The notes beneath the pieces were generated by a model, which searched no databases, was not told the origin of the DNA, and saw nothing but the letters and a program-made list of their open reading frames with translations. A program made the translations under genes and the position numbers. From Burkholderiales bacterium (GTDB lineage Bacteria > Pseudomonadota > Gammaproteobacteria > Burkholderiales > SG8-39), in assembly GCA_035476235.1 (NCBI GenBank), contig DATILQ010000257.1, forward strand, positions 1 through 63,156: a DNA stretch of 63,156 nt, read 5' to 3'. This document shows positions 1 through 9,928 of this stretch, piece after piece. The first letter of the stretch is position 1. The number at the start of each line of letters is the position of its first letter.

Positions 1-701
1 CTCGCGACGAAGAGGCCCGCCTGCTCGAGCAGCACGGCATGCTGCTGCGTCGCACGGTGCAGTTCCACTGGCGCAACGACGCTTACGCGGATTTCGACGG
101 TTTTCTCGCGCGCTTGTCGCACGCCCGGCGCAAGAACATCCGCCAGGAGCGGCGCAAGCTGCGCGCAGCCGGCGTGAGCTGCCGCTGGCTCGAAGGGCGC
201 GCGATCGAGCGGCGCCACTGGGAATTCTTCAACCGCTGCTACCGCGACACCTATGCGGCGCACCGCTCCACGCCGTATCTGAACCTGGAGTTTTTCCTGC
301 GGCTGGGCGCGACGCTCGCGCCGCACGCGGCGATGCTGATCGCCGAGCGGGCCGGACGGGCGATCGCCTCGGCGCTGTTTCTCGCCGACCGCACGACTCT
401 TTACGGCAGGTACTGGGGCGCGACGGAGCACCTGCCGCTGCTGCATTTCGAATGCTGCTATTACCAGGCGATCGAGTACGCGATCGCGCGCGGCCTGCAG
501 GTATTCGAGGGCGGCGCGCAGGGCGAGCACAAGCTGTTCCGAGGTCTGCTCCCGGTCGAGGCGTTTTCGGCGCACTGGCTGGCGCATCCCAAATTCGCGC
601 GCGCCGTGGAGGGCTTCCTCGAGCGCGAAGCTGCGGGGGTCACGCGCTATGTGGACGAGCTATGCGACCATAGCCCGTTCAAGGACCTGCCCGGAGGATA
701 G
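1..701 (+). CDS. DUF482 / FemAB-like GNAT-fold acyltransferase family protein (5' end outside window)
   Basis: The open frame runs from the window edge to the stop at 701. The translation (FHWRNDAY..FDGFL..RRKNIRQERRKL...YGRYWG...HFECCYYQAIEYAI..GLQVFEGGAQGEHKL.RG) matches my recollection of the DUF482 family. Confidence 0.6.
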   Translation, partial: RDEEARLLEQHGMLLRRTVQFHWRNDAYADFDGFLARLSHARRKNIRQERRKLRAAGVSCRWLEGRAIERRHWEFFNRCYRDTYAAHRSTPYLNLEFFLRLGATLAPHAAMLIAERAGRAIASALFLADRTTLYGRYWGATEHLPLLHFECCYYQAIEYAIARGLQVFEGGAQGEHKLFRGLLPVEAFSAHWLAHPKFARAVEGFLEREAAGVTRYVDELCDHSPFKDLPGG

Positions 702-1439
702 ATGCGGCTCAAGGACAAGGTGGCCATCGTCACCGGCGGCGGCTCCGGCTTCGGCGAGGGAATCGCCACGCGCTTTGCGCTGGAAGGGGCGAAGCTGCTG
801 ATCGCCGACATCGATGCGCAGGCGGGCGCGCGCGTGGCCAGGGAGATCGGAGCGCAGTTCGTCGCCGCGGACGTCACGAAAAGCGCCGACTGGGCGAAGC
901 TCGTTCAGGCGGCCGGTCCGAGCCTCGAGATCGTGATCAACAACGCCGGCTGGACGCACCGCAACAAGCCTTACCTGGAGGTCACGGAAGGCGAGTTCGA
1001 CAAGGTCTACGCGGTGAACGTGAAAAGCGTGTACCTGTCGGCGCTGCACGCGGTGCCGGTGTTTCGCAGGCGCGGCGGCGGCGGCTTCGTGAACATCGCC
1101 TCGACGGCGGGCATTCGTCCACGGCCCGGACTGACGGTCTACAACAGCTCGAAGGGAGCGGTGATCCTGATGTCGAAATCGATGGCTGCCGAGTTCGGCC
1201 CGGATCGCATCCGCGTGAATTGCGTCAATCCGGTGTTCAGCCCGCACACCGCGCTCTCGGCCGAGTTCGCGGGCGGCGCGCTCACGGAGGAAGCGAAGAA
1301 GCGCTTCCTGTCGAGCATTCCGCTCGGGCGCTTCGCTACGCCGCTGGACGTAGCCAATGCCTGCCTTTACCTGGCGTCCGACGATGCCGCTTTTGTGAGC
1401 GGCGTTTGCATCGAGGTCGACGGCGCCCGCTGCGTATAG
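702..1439 (+). CDS. Short-chain dehydrogenase/reductase (SDR) family oxidoreductase
   Basis: It has the TGGGSGFG dinucleotide-binding motif, an NNAG motif and a YNSSKGA (YxxxK) catalytic motif. Its ATG abuts the previous stop. Confidence 0.85.
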   Translation: MRLKDKVAIVTGGGSGFGEGIATRFALEGAKLLIADIDAQAGARVAREIGAQFVAADVTKSADWAKLVQAAGPSLEIVINNAGWTHRNKPYLEVTEGEFDKVYAVNVKSVYLSALHAVPVFRRRGGGGFVNIASTAGIRPRPGLTVYNSSKGAVILMSKSMAAEFGPDRIRVNCVNPVFSPHTALSAEFAGGALTEEAKKRFLSSIPLGRFATPLDVANACLYLASDDAAFVSGVCIEVDGARCV

Positions 1440-1442
1440 GGC

Positions 1443-2804
1443 TCAGGCGCGCTTGAGTCCGCCCAGAAGCGCCGCGACCTGGGGCTGCCTGCGTTTGCCA
1501 TGCGTCGGCTCGGGCTTCTGCGCCGGCGCCGCCGACGGTGGCGATGAGCCTGGCTCGTAGGGCTTGGAGAAAATCGGGTCGACCGCGCGTTGGTTCGCGT
1601 CGCGCCGCGGCGGCCGCGACGATTCTCCGCCCATCAGTGCAGCCACCGTGCCGGCATTCGGCTGGAATCCTGGAATCAGCACCCGTTCGATCCGCTTCTT
1701 GATCAGCTTCTCGATGGCGGCGAGCGACTCGAGATCCTCGGGCGCGACCAGCGAGATCGCCTCGCCGGTCAGCCCGGCGCGGCCGGTCCGGCCGATGCGG
1801 TGTATGTAGTCCTCGGGATAGTGCGGTACGTCGAAGTTGATGACCTGCGGCAGGCCTTCGATGTCCAGTCCCCGCGATGCAACGTCGGTCGCGACCAGCA
1901 CATTGGTCTTGCCGGCCTTGAAGTCCTCGAGCGCGACGAGCCTCTCGGCCTGCGATTTGTCGCCATGGATGGCATCGCAATGGATATGGTCGCGCCGCAA
2001 CTGGTGGGCCAGGCGATTCGCGCCGATGCGGGTCGCCGTGAACACCAGGACCTGGCGCAGCTCGCGTGTCTGGATGAGGTAGGCGAGCAACTCGCGTTTT
2101 TTCTCCCGCGCCACGGGATGCAGCACGTGAGTGACGAGCTCGGCCGCCGCATTGCGGGCCGCGATCTGAAGCTCGGCCGGATTGCGCAACAGAGTCTTCG
2201 CCAGGGTGCGGATCTCGTCGGGAAAGGTGGCCGAGAAAAGCAGGTTCTGCCGCTGCGCGGGCAGCAGGGCGATGATGCGCTTGATGTCGGGCAGGAATCC
2301 CATGTCCAGCATGCGATCGCCCTCGTCCAGCACCAGGACCGATACCTGGTTCAGCATGACCGTCTTGTTCTGCACGTGATCGAGAAGCCGTCCCGGCGTT
2401 GCCACCAGCACCTCGACCCCTCTGCGCAGCTGCGCGATCTGCGCGTTCATGTCGACGCCCCCGTAGACGACCGTGCTGCGCAGCGGGAGGTTCTTGCCAT
2501 AATCGGCGAAGCTCTCGGCGACCTGGATGGCAAGCTCGCGCGTCGGCGTGAGAACCAGCGCGCGCACCGGGTGGCGCGCCGGCGATGCCGAGCCGCTGGC
2601 CTGAGGCGCAAGGCGCTGCAGGATCGGCAGCGCGAATGCCGCGGTCTTGCCGGTGCCGGTCTGCGCGCCGGCCATGAGATCGCGCCCGGCAAGCACCAGG
2701 GGGATGGCCTGCTCCTGCACCGGCGTCGGCTTTTCATAGCCGAGCTCGCGGACCGCCGCAGTGAGCGGCGCGATCAGGCCGAGCTGGTCGAAGGCCGAAC
2801 TAAT
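1443..2804 (-). CDS. rhlE: DEAD-box ATP-dependent RNA helicase (RhlE-like) with a basic C-terminal tail
   Basis: It carries AQTGTGKTAAF (motif I), VLDEGD (a DEAD variant), SAT, and HRIGRTGRAG (motif VI). The longest canonical-start ORF begins at GTG 2720, inside the Q motif (GYEKPTPVQEQAIP). The frame stays open upstream, and an ATT at 2804-2802 would give MSSAFDQLGL... The 5' end is therefore uncertain. Confidence 0.8.
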   Translation of the reverse strand: MSSAFDQLGLIAPLTAAVRELGYEKPTPVQEQAIPLVLAGRDLMAGAQTGTGKTAAFALPILQRLAPQASGSASPARHPVRALVLTPTRELAIQVAESFADYGKNLPLRSTVVYGGVDMNAQIAQLRRGVEVLVATPGRLLDHVQNKTVMLNQVSVLVLDEGDRMLDMGFLPDIKRIIALLPAQRQNLLFSATFPDEIRTLAKTLLRNPAELQIAARNAAAELVTHVLHPVAREKKRELLAYLIQTRELRQVLVFTATRIGANRLAHQLRRDHIHCDAIHGDKSQAERLVALEDFKAGKTNVLVATDVASRGLDIEGLPQVINFDVPHYPEDYIHRIGRTGRAGLTGEAISLVAPEDLESLAAIEKLIKKRIERVLIPGFQPNAGTVAALMGGESSRPPRRDANQRAVDPIFSKPYEPGSSPPSAAPAQKPEPTHGKRRQPQVAALLGGLKRA

Positions 2805-3327
2805 TGAGGGTGCGCGCCGGGCGCTCGGCGCTATCCTGAGGCTCGGCGCCCGGAAGCTTCAGCTCCATGTCCCAATCGCTTTTGCGTACCGCGGCCTGGA
2901 GCAGGCGGCATACCGAGTGCAGCAGCACTGAATCGAAGGTCAGCGTCACGCCCTGCCCCTCCGAGGGATGCAGGGCGACGACCGGCTGTCCGTTGCGGTC
3001 GTGGCCGGTTTGAATGCGCGCGAGCAGCAGCGGCGCTTCGCCGAGCGGGGTCGCGCTCGGCACCGCGTCGTAAGGCTTCGAAAAGTCCGCCTTCGACACC
3101 GCGTGCTCGTGCTCCAATCCGAGCAGCGCCTTGCGCGCTTCCGGATTGGCCTGCGTGCGGATGCGGGGGCTCGCTTCCTCCGCCAGCTTGACCAGCAGGG
3201 GCCACAAGAGCTTGACAAACCGGCGCGTCAGCGCGAGCCGCAACTCCACGCCCTCGCTGGTCGCCACCAGCATCAGCAGGCGGTCCTGCTCGGCGTCGTA
3301 GTCGACTTTCAGCTGGTGCAGGCGCAT
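2800..3327 (-). CDS. Hypothetical protein (conserved-looking, no family recognised)
   Basis: The ATG at 3327 gives MRLHQLKVDYDAEQDRLLML..., a balanced, non-repetitive composition. The upstream part of the 255-aa track ORF is Ala/Arg/Ser-rich junk that overlaps the GNAT gene. Confidence 0.5.
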   Translation of the reverse strand: MRLHQLKVDYDAEQDRLLMLVATSEGVELRLALTRRFVKLLWPLLVKLAEEASPRIRTQANPEARKALLGLEHEHAVSKADFSKPYDAVPSATPLGEAPLLLARIQTGHDRNGQPVVALHPSEGQGVTLTFDSVLLHSVCRLLQAAVRKSDWDMELKLPGAEPQDSAERPARTLN

Positions 3328-3340
3328 GAAAGAATAGTAT

Positions 3341-3805
3341 ATGGCCAATATCGTCCACGCGACGCAAGCAACGCAAGTCGCCGCCGTGCGCGCGCTGTTC
3401 GCCGAATATGCGCGCGCCGTGGCCGCGCCGTGCTGCTTCGTCGGGCTCGAGCGCGAGCTGGCGACGCTGCCCGGAGAGTACGCGCCACCGGCGGGGCGCT
3501 TGTTCCTCGCGCTCGACGCGTCGGGCAGTGCGGGCTGCGTGGCTCTGCGGCCGCTCGATGCCGGCACGGCCGAGATGAAGCGCCTCTACGTTCGCCCGGC
3601 TTACCGCGGACTAGGTCTGGGCCGCGCGCTCGCCGCAGCAGCGATCGCCGCGGCGCGCCAGGCCGGCCGCAGCCGGGTGGTGCTCGACACCTTGCCCAGC
3701 ATGGACGCGGCGATCGCCCTGTACCGCTCGCTCGATTTCAAGGAAGTTGCGCCGTATCTCGCCGCGCCGACGCCAGGCGCGGTGTGCTATCAGCTCAGGC
3801 TTTAG
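3341..3805 (+). CDS. GNAT family N-acetyltransferase
   Basis: The acetyl-CoA-binding core is RLYVRPAYRGLGLGRALAAAAI (R/Q-x-x-G-x-G/A). The size of 154 aa is typical. Confidence 0.8.
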   Translation: MANIVHATQATQVAAVRALFAEYARAVAAPCCFVGLERELATLPGEYAPPAGRLFLALDASGSAGCVALRPLDAGTAEMKRLYVRPAYRGLGLGRALAAAAIAAARQAGRSRVVLDTLPSMDAAIALYRSLDFKEVAPYLAAPTPGAVCYQLRL

Positions 3806-4289
3806 CGCCGCGGATGCGCTGCAGGAGCGCCGTCGTCGAGCGCTCGTGCTCGAACGGGATCGACACTACGCGCCCGCCGCGCGCAAGAACGTCCTTCGCC
3901 CCGACGATGCGCTCGGCCGGCCAATCGCCGCCCTTTGCCAGGACCTCCGGCCGGCACGCGGCGATCAGCTGCGCGGGCGTGTCGTCCTCGAACCACGTTA
4001 CCGCGTCGACCATCGATAATGCGGCGATGAGCGCAAGCCGATCTTCCAGCGCATTGATCGGCCGCTCTGCCGGCTTGCCCAGGCGCCTGGCGGAGGCATC
4101 GCTGTTCAGCGCGACGAGCAACGCCGCGCCCAGCGCGCGGGCGCGCGCGAGATAGGCGACATGGCCGCGATGCAGGATGTCGAACACGCCGTTCGTGAAC
4201 ACCAGCGGCCGCGGCAGCTGCGCGCTCCAGCGCTCGAGTTCGCGCGGCGCGCGGATCTTGGATTCGTAGGCCGGCGGCGAAGCCTGCAC
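3795..4289 (-). CDS. hldC: D-glycero-beta-D-manno-heptose 1-phosphate adenylyltransferase (RfaE domain II type cytidylyltransferase)
   Basis: It has TNGVFDILHRGHVAYL (the HxGH nucleotidyltransferase motif) and NSDASARRLGK. The size of about 160 aa fits. Confidence 0.85.
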   Translation of the reverse strand: MQASPPAYESKIRAPRELERWSAQLPRPLVFTNGVFDILHRGHVAYLARARALGAALLVALNSDASARRLGKPAERPINALEDRLALIAALSMVDAVTWFEDDTPAQLIAACRPEVLAKGGDWPAERIVGAKDVLARGGRVVSIPFEHERSTTALLQRIRGAKA

Positions 4290-4293
4290 GCGA

Positions 4294-5918
<1,625 letters not shown>

Positions 5919-5946
<28 letters not shown>

Positions 5947-6257
5947 TGCACATGCCCTGCGACGCCGTCGATGAGGAACACGTCGAAGCGGCAGTGCGCG
6001 TCCCGCCGCCCGGCCAGGTAGAGGCGCGCCGCGGCAAGCAGGCGGGCGCGCTTCGCCGCCGTCACGCTTTCGGCGGCGCCGCCGTAGCTGCCGCTCTGGC
6101 GCATGCGGACTTCGGCAAATACCAGCGTGCCGCTCTCCTCGGCGATGAGATCGATCTCTCCCAGCCGGCAGCGCCAGTTTCGCTCGATCAGCCGCAGGCC
6201 TGCTGCCCTCAGCAGGCCTGCACAGAGGTCTTCGGCTCGCGCCCCGGCCCAGTTCAT
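5919..6257 (-). CDS. yraN: YraN family (UPF0102) endonuclease-like protein
   Basis: It has the GEIDLIA...LVFAEVRMR core typical of UPF0102. The size is 112 aa and it is divergent from rsmI. Confidence 0.8.
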
Positions 6258-6295
6258 GGCAGGCTTAACGAAACTGCGCGAGCCCCGTTGACCGG

Positions 6296-7126
6296 ATGAT
6301 CCCAGGCAGCCTCTATGTCGTCGCCACGCCGATCGGCAACCTGGGCGACGCCAGCCCGCGCGCGATCGAAGCGCTGCGCGCGGCCGATCTGATCGCCTGC
6401 GAGGACACGCGAACCAGCCGCACGCTGCTCGCGCGGCACGCCATCTCGGCGCGCACGGTCGCGCTGCACGAGCACAATGAGCGCGCCGCCGCCGCCAAGC
6501 TTCTGCAGGCGATGCGCGCCGGCAAGAATGTGGCGTTGATCAGCGATGCCGGCACGCCCGCGCTATCCGATCCCGGCGCGCTGCTCGTCGAGCAGGCGCA
6601 TCGCGCAGGCATCCGCGTTATTCCCATTCCCGGGCCGAGCGCGGCGGTGGCGGCTTTCTCGGCGTCGGGGTTCGCGGCAGGGCGCTTTTTCTTTGCGGGC
6701 TTTCTTCCGGCCGGCCGTTCAGCGCGCCGCAAGGCGCTGGACGGCCTCGACCTGCCCTGGCCGGTGATCCTGTATGAAGCGCCGCACCGCGTGCTCGAAA
6801 CGCTGGCGGACCTGGCGGAGCGCTTCGGCGTGGCGCGGGAAGTGGTGATCGCCCGCGAGCTGACGAAGAAATTCGAGGACGTGGCGCGACTGTCGCTCGG
6901 CGATGCGCGGGACTGGCTGCTCGCCGATGCCCATCGCCAACAGGGCGAGTTCGTGCTGGTGCTAGCCCCGGGCGAGCCCAGGCCCGCACAGATCCTGGAG
7001 GCCGAACGGGTGCTCGGAGAGCTGCTGGGGGCTTTGGCGCCGAGCGAGGCGGCGCGGCTCGCTGCGCGCATTACCGGGATTCCAAGGAGCGTTCTGTACC
7101 GCAGGGCGCTCGAGCGCGCCAAGTAG
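6296..7126 (+). CDS. rsmI: 16S rRNA (cytidine1402-2'-O)-methyltransferase
   Basis: It has LYVVATPIGNLGD.SPRAIEAL..ADLIACEDTR, a tetrapyrrole-methylase fold, and the expected synteny. Confidence 0.9.
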   Translation: MIPGSLYVVATPIGNLGDASPRAIEALRAADLIACEDTRTSRTLLARHAISARTVALHEHNERAAAAKLLQAMRAGKNVALISDAGTPALSDPGALLVEQAHRAGIRVIPIPGPSAAVAAFSASGFAAGRFFFAGFLPAGRSARRKALDGLDLPWPVILYEAPHRVLETLADLAERFGVAREVVIARELTKKFEDVARLSLGDARDWLLADAHRQQGEFVLVLAPGEPRPAQILEAERVLGELLGALAPSEAARLAARITGIPRSVLYRRALERAK

Positions 7127-7136
7127 AATTCGGCTG

Positions 7137-8168
7137 ATGGACCGGCTCACGCTGAAGCGCCCCGACGACTGGCATCTGCACCTGCGCGACGGGCCCGCCA
7201 TGGCCTCGGTGCTCGCCGACAGCGCCCGGCGTTTCGCGCGTGCGATCGTGATGCCCAACCTCGAGCCCCCCGTTCGCACCACGCAGCAGGCGCTCGAGTA
7301 CCGCGAACGCATCCTGCGCGCGCTGCCGCCGCGCGCGGCCTTCGAGCCGTTGATGACCCTGTACCTTACCGACGACACGCCGCCCGAGGAAATCGCGCTC
7401 GCCAAGCGCTCGGGGCACGTATTCGGCGTGAAGCTCTATCCGGCCGGCGCAACCACTCATTCGGACGAGGGCGTCACGCGCCTGTCACGCTGCTTCCAGG
7501 CCCTCGAAAAAATGACCGAAGTCGGCATGCCGCTATTGATCCATGGCGAATCGACCGACCCCGCGGTCGACGTTTTCGACCGCGAGAAGGCTTTCATCGA
7601 GGAAGTCCTCGGACCATTGGTGGCGCGCTTTCCCCAGCTCAAGGTGGTGCTCGAGCACATCAGCACCCGGGACGCGGTGCAATACATCGAGGTCACCGGT
7701 CCGAACATCGCGGCGACGATCACCGCACACCACCTGCTCATGAACCGCAACGCGCTCTTCATGGGCGGCATCCGCCCGCATCACTACTGCCTGCCGGTGT
7801 TGAAACGCGAGGACCACCGCGAGGCGTTGGTCGAGGCCGCGGCGTCGGGCAGCCCGAAGTTTTTCCTCGGCACCGACAGCGCGCCGCACGCGCGGCACGC
7901 CAAGGAGACCGCCTGCGGCTGCGCCGGCATTTACACCGCGCACGCGGCCATCGAGTTTTACGCCATCGCCTTCGAGGAGGCCGGCGCGCTCGACAAGCTC
8001 GAGGGCTTCGCCTCCGTGTTCGGGCCCCAGTTCTACGGGCTTCCCCTCAACCGGGAAAGCATCACCCTGGTGCGCGAAGAATGGAAGGCGCCCGCGCAGC
8101 TCAAGTTCGGCGGCGAGGAGCTGGTGCCGCTTCGCGCCGGGGAAACGATCGCGTGGAAGCTTCTCTAA
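7137..8168 (+). CDS. pyrC: Dihydroorotase (homodimeric type II)
   Basis: It has the DDWHLHLRDG metal-binding motif, MPNL, and LGTDSAPH. The size is 343 aa. Confidence 0.9.
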   Translation: MDRLTLKRPDDWHLHLRDGPAMASVLADSARRFARAIVMPNLEPPVRTTQQALEYRERILRALPPRAAFEPLMTLYLTDDTPPEEIALAKRSGHVFGVKLYPAGATTHSDEGVTRLSRCFQALEKMTEVGMPLLIHGESTDPAVDVFDREKAFIEEVLGPLVARFPQLKVVLEHISTRDAVQYIEVTGPNIAATITAHHLLMNRNALFMGGIRPHHYCLPVLKREDHREALVEAAASGSPKFFLGTDSAPHARHAKETACGCAGIYTAHAAIEFYAIAFEEAGALDKLEGFASVFGPQFYGLPLNRESITLVREEWKAPAQLKFGGEELVPLRAGETIAWKLL

Positions 8169-8938
8169 GACAGCCGGTCTTCGACCCGCTCAGGCCGTGG
8201 CACGAGCGCTTGCAAGCCGCGGGCGGCGCGACGCTCGGCCATCTGAACGCGCTTGCCGACGCCGCCGGGCTGCGCACCGAAAGCGGCCGGCCGGTGCGCT
8301 TCGTGCCGCCCGGTGGCGCCGACGCCTACTATGAAGTGCGCGTGTTCGAGTCGGGTTGCGTGGAAACGCGGCCGGAAAGCCTGCACGACCTGTTCAACGC
8401 GCTTGCCTGGCTGGCGTTCCCCCGCAGCAAGGCACGCATCAACGCCATGCACGCCGAGCGCATCGCGCTCGAGCACGGCCGTCGCGGCCGCCTGCGCGAC
8501 CTGCTGACGCTGTTCGACGAGGGCGGAGCCATCGTCGCCTGCGCCGACGCCGAGCTGCTCGCCATGCTGCGCGGCTTTCGCTGGAAGGAGCTGTTCTGGG
8601 AGCATCGCCGGCGCGTTCTGCGCTCCATGCGCATCTCGGTGCTTGGCCACGCGGTCCTCGAGAAGGCGCTCGAGCCGTGGCCCGGCATCACCTGCAAGGC
8701 CATTTTCGTTGCGCCGGGCGCGGACGCGGACGCGCAGGCGGCTGCATGGCTTGCGCAGCGCTCGACGCAGGCTACGCCGCGCGAGCTGGCGCCGGTCCCC
8801 ATCTTCGGTTACCCGGGATGGCTCGCTGGAAGCGAGCGGCCGGAGTTCTACGACGACACGCGCTATTTCCGGCCGTTCCGGCGCGATTCTCCGCGCGCCC
8901 GGCGCGATTCTCCGCGTGGCTACGGAAACGCCGGATAG
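8153..8938 (+). CDS. DUF3025 domain-containing protein
   Basis: The stretch LHDLFNALAWLAFPRSKARINA.H...GRRG..RD.LTLFDE.G matches my recollection of DUF3025. The start is ambiguous: GTG 8153 or ATG 8081, both overlapping pyrC. Confidence 0.6.
   Translation: MEASLRQPVFDPLRPWHERLQAAGGATLGHLNALADAAGLRTESGRPVRFVPPGGADAYYEVRVFESGCVETRPESLHDLFNALAWLAFPRSKARINAMHAERIALEHGRRGRLRDLLTLFDEGGAIVACADAELLAMLRGFRWKELFWEHRRRVLRSMRISVLGHAVLEKALEPWPGITCKAIFVAPGADADAQAAAWLAQRSTQATPRELAPVPIFGYPGWLAGSERPEFYDDTRYFRPFRRDSPRARRDSPRGYGNAG
8878..8919 (+). repeat. 21-bp tandem duplication inside the DUF3025 3' end (encodes RRDSPRA / RRDSPRG)
   Basis: The 18-mer ccggcgcgattctccgcg occurs at 8878-8895 and again at 8899-8916, a period of 21. 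Confidence 0.7.
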
Positions 8939-9432
8939 CGCGACGCCTGTCCGCCGGCCACCGCCTCGGGGTGGCGCGAAAGGACCACCTCGCGGATCTG
9001 CTCGACCTGGCCATAGGGCACGTCGATCATGAGCAGGACCTTGCCGCGCGCGATGTCCTCGTGGAAGGCCTTGAGCCGCGAATTGGGAACGGCGGCGGCG
9101 GCCATGCTTGCCATCCACGCCCCCAGAATGCCGCCGACGATGGCAGCGATCAGCACCACGACCAGCTGCGGCTGCGTGCCTTCCGGCGGGTAGGCGACGA
9201 TGATCACACCGAGAATCAGGCCGCCGATGCCGCCGAGCACGAGGCCGACGCCGGCGCCATGCAGCAGGTCGGTCTTGAACAGGTAGCTCGCCTCGTGCAG
9301 CTCGCCGAGGTCGGTGCCGCGCCTGGCGAGAAAGTGCATGTGGCGGTCCTCGAGGCGCGCGAGGAGCAGGTCGTCCGCGGTGTGCCGTGCGCTTTCGACA
9401 TCAGGCAGCAGAAAATACAGTCTTCTTCGCAT
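8920..9432 (-). CDS. Hypothetical membrane protein (Gly-rich TM pair)
   Basis: The start is taken at MRRRLYFLLPDV (9432). Two adjacent hydrophobic Gly-rich helices are present (GAGVGLVLGGIGGLILGVIIV, LVVVLIAAIVGGILGAWMA). Confidence 0.5.
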   Translation of the reverse strand: MRRRLYFLLPDVESARHTADDLLLARLEDRHMHFLARRGTDLGELHEASYLFKTDLLHGAGVGLVLGGIGGLILGVIIVAYPPEGTQPQLVVVLIAAIVGGILGAWMASMAAAAVPNSRLKAFHEDIARGKVLLMIDVPYGQVEQIREVVLSRHPEAVAGGQASRYPAFP

Positions 9433-9463
9433 CGACGAAGCATACTCCTGCGCCCTCACAGGG

Positions 9464-9469
9464 TAAAAT
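9464..9469 (+). promoter_or_regulatory. Candidate -10 box (TAAAAT) for rnpB
   Basis: TAAAAT lies 7-8 nt upstream of the predicted RNase P RNA 5' end. No convincing -35 was seen. Confidence 0.3.
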
Positions 9470-9477
9470 CGCATCCG

Positions 9478-9813
9478 GGAGTCGGCCAGGCAGCCGCTGT
9501 CCGCCGGTCTTTTTGCGGCGGCATAGAGGAAAGTCCGGGCTCCGCAGAGCGGGATGCAGGGTAACCCCCTGGCACGGCGACGTGACGAACAGGGCCACAG
9601 AGACGAGTCCTCGGCCCAAAAGCCGAGGGGTGAAACGCGGCAACCTCCATCCGGAGCAACACCAAATAGGCAGGCGATCGAGGCCGGCTCGGCCGAAGCT
9701 TGCGGGTAGGTGGCTAGAGCCCCGGGGCAACCCGGGGCCCAGAGGAATGGCTGCCGGCCCGGCCGGGTGCGCCCGGCCGGTGACCACAGAACCCGGCTTA
9801 ACGGCCGTCTCCC
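9478..9813 (+). ncRNA. rnpB: RNase P RNA, bacterial type A
   Basis: It contains the universally conserved GAGGAAAGTCCGGGCTCC and ACAGAACCCGGCTTA blocks and CCGGAGCAA..CCAAATAGG. The 5' GGAGTCGGCC pairs with the 3' GGCCGTCTCC to form P1. The length of about 335 nt fits. Confidence 0.92.
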
Positions 9814-9928
9814 CTTTTATCTCTTCGGCGCGTCAATTGCGCGCTTTCCTTGCCTCCGGCACGACGCGGGAGAATAATCGCAGTCGGGTTGTGTGCCTGC
9901 GCGGGAGGGGGAACGCCACGGGCGCCCC

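Noticed and set aside
1590-2807. A 405-aa plus-strand ORF opposite the rhlE-like helicase. Similar long antisense or shadow ORFs include 2968-4155(+), 8165-9118(-), 8356-9564(+), 10124-10900(-), 10928-11836(-), 13329-14363(+), 15774-16973(+), 16862-18592(+), 19430-20875(-), 19432-21126(+), 22663-24231(+), 24354-25544(+), 26461-28803(+), 30108-style frames, 31048-32499(+), 32536-34008(-), 38383-39567(-), 39634-41247(-), 42403-43569 upstream part, 53026-53937(-), 60108-61310(-) and 61004-62911(+).
   Set aside because: All of them overlap genes with unmistakable family motifs on the other strand or in another frame. Their translations are Arg/Ala/Gly/Pro-rich and low-complexity, as expected for out-of-frame reading of DNA with about 68% G+C. 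None shows a recognisable motif.
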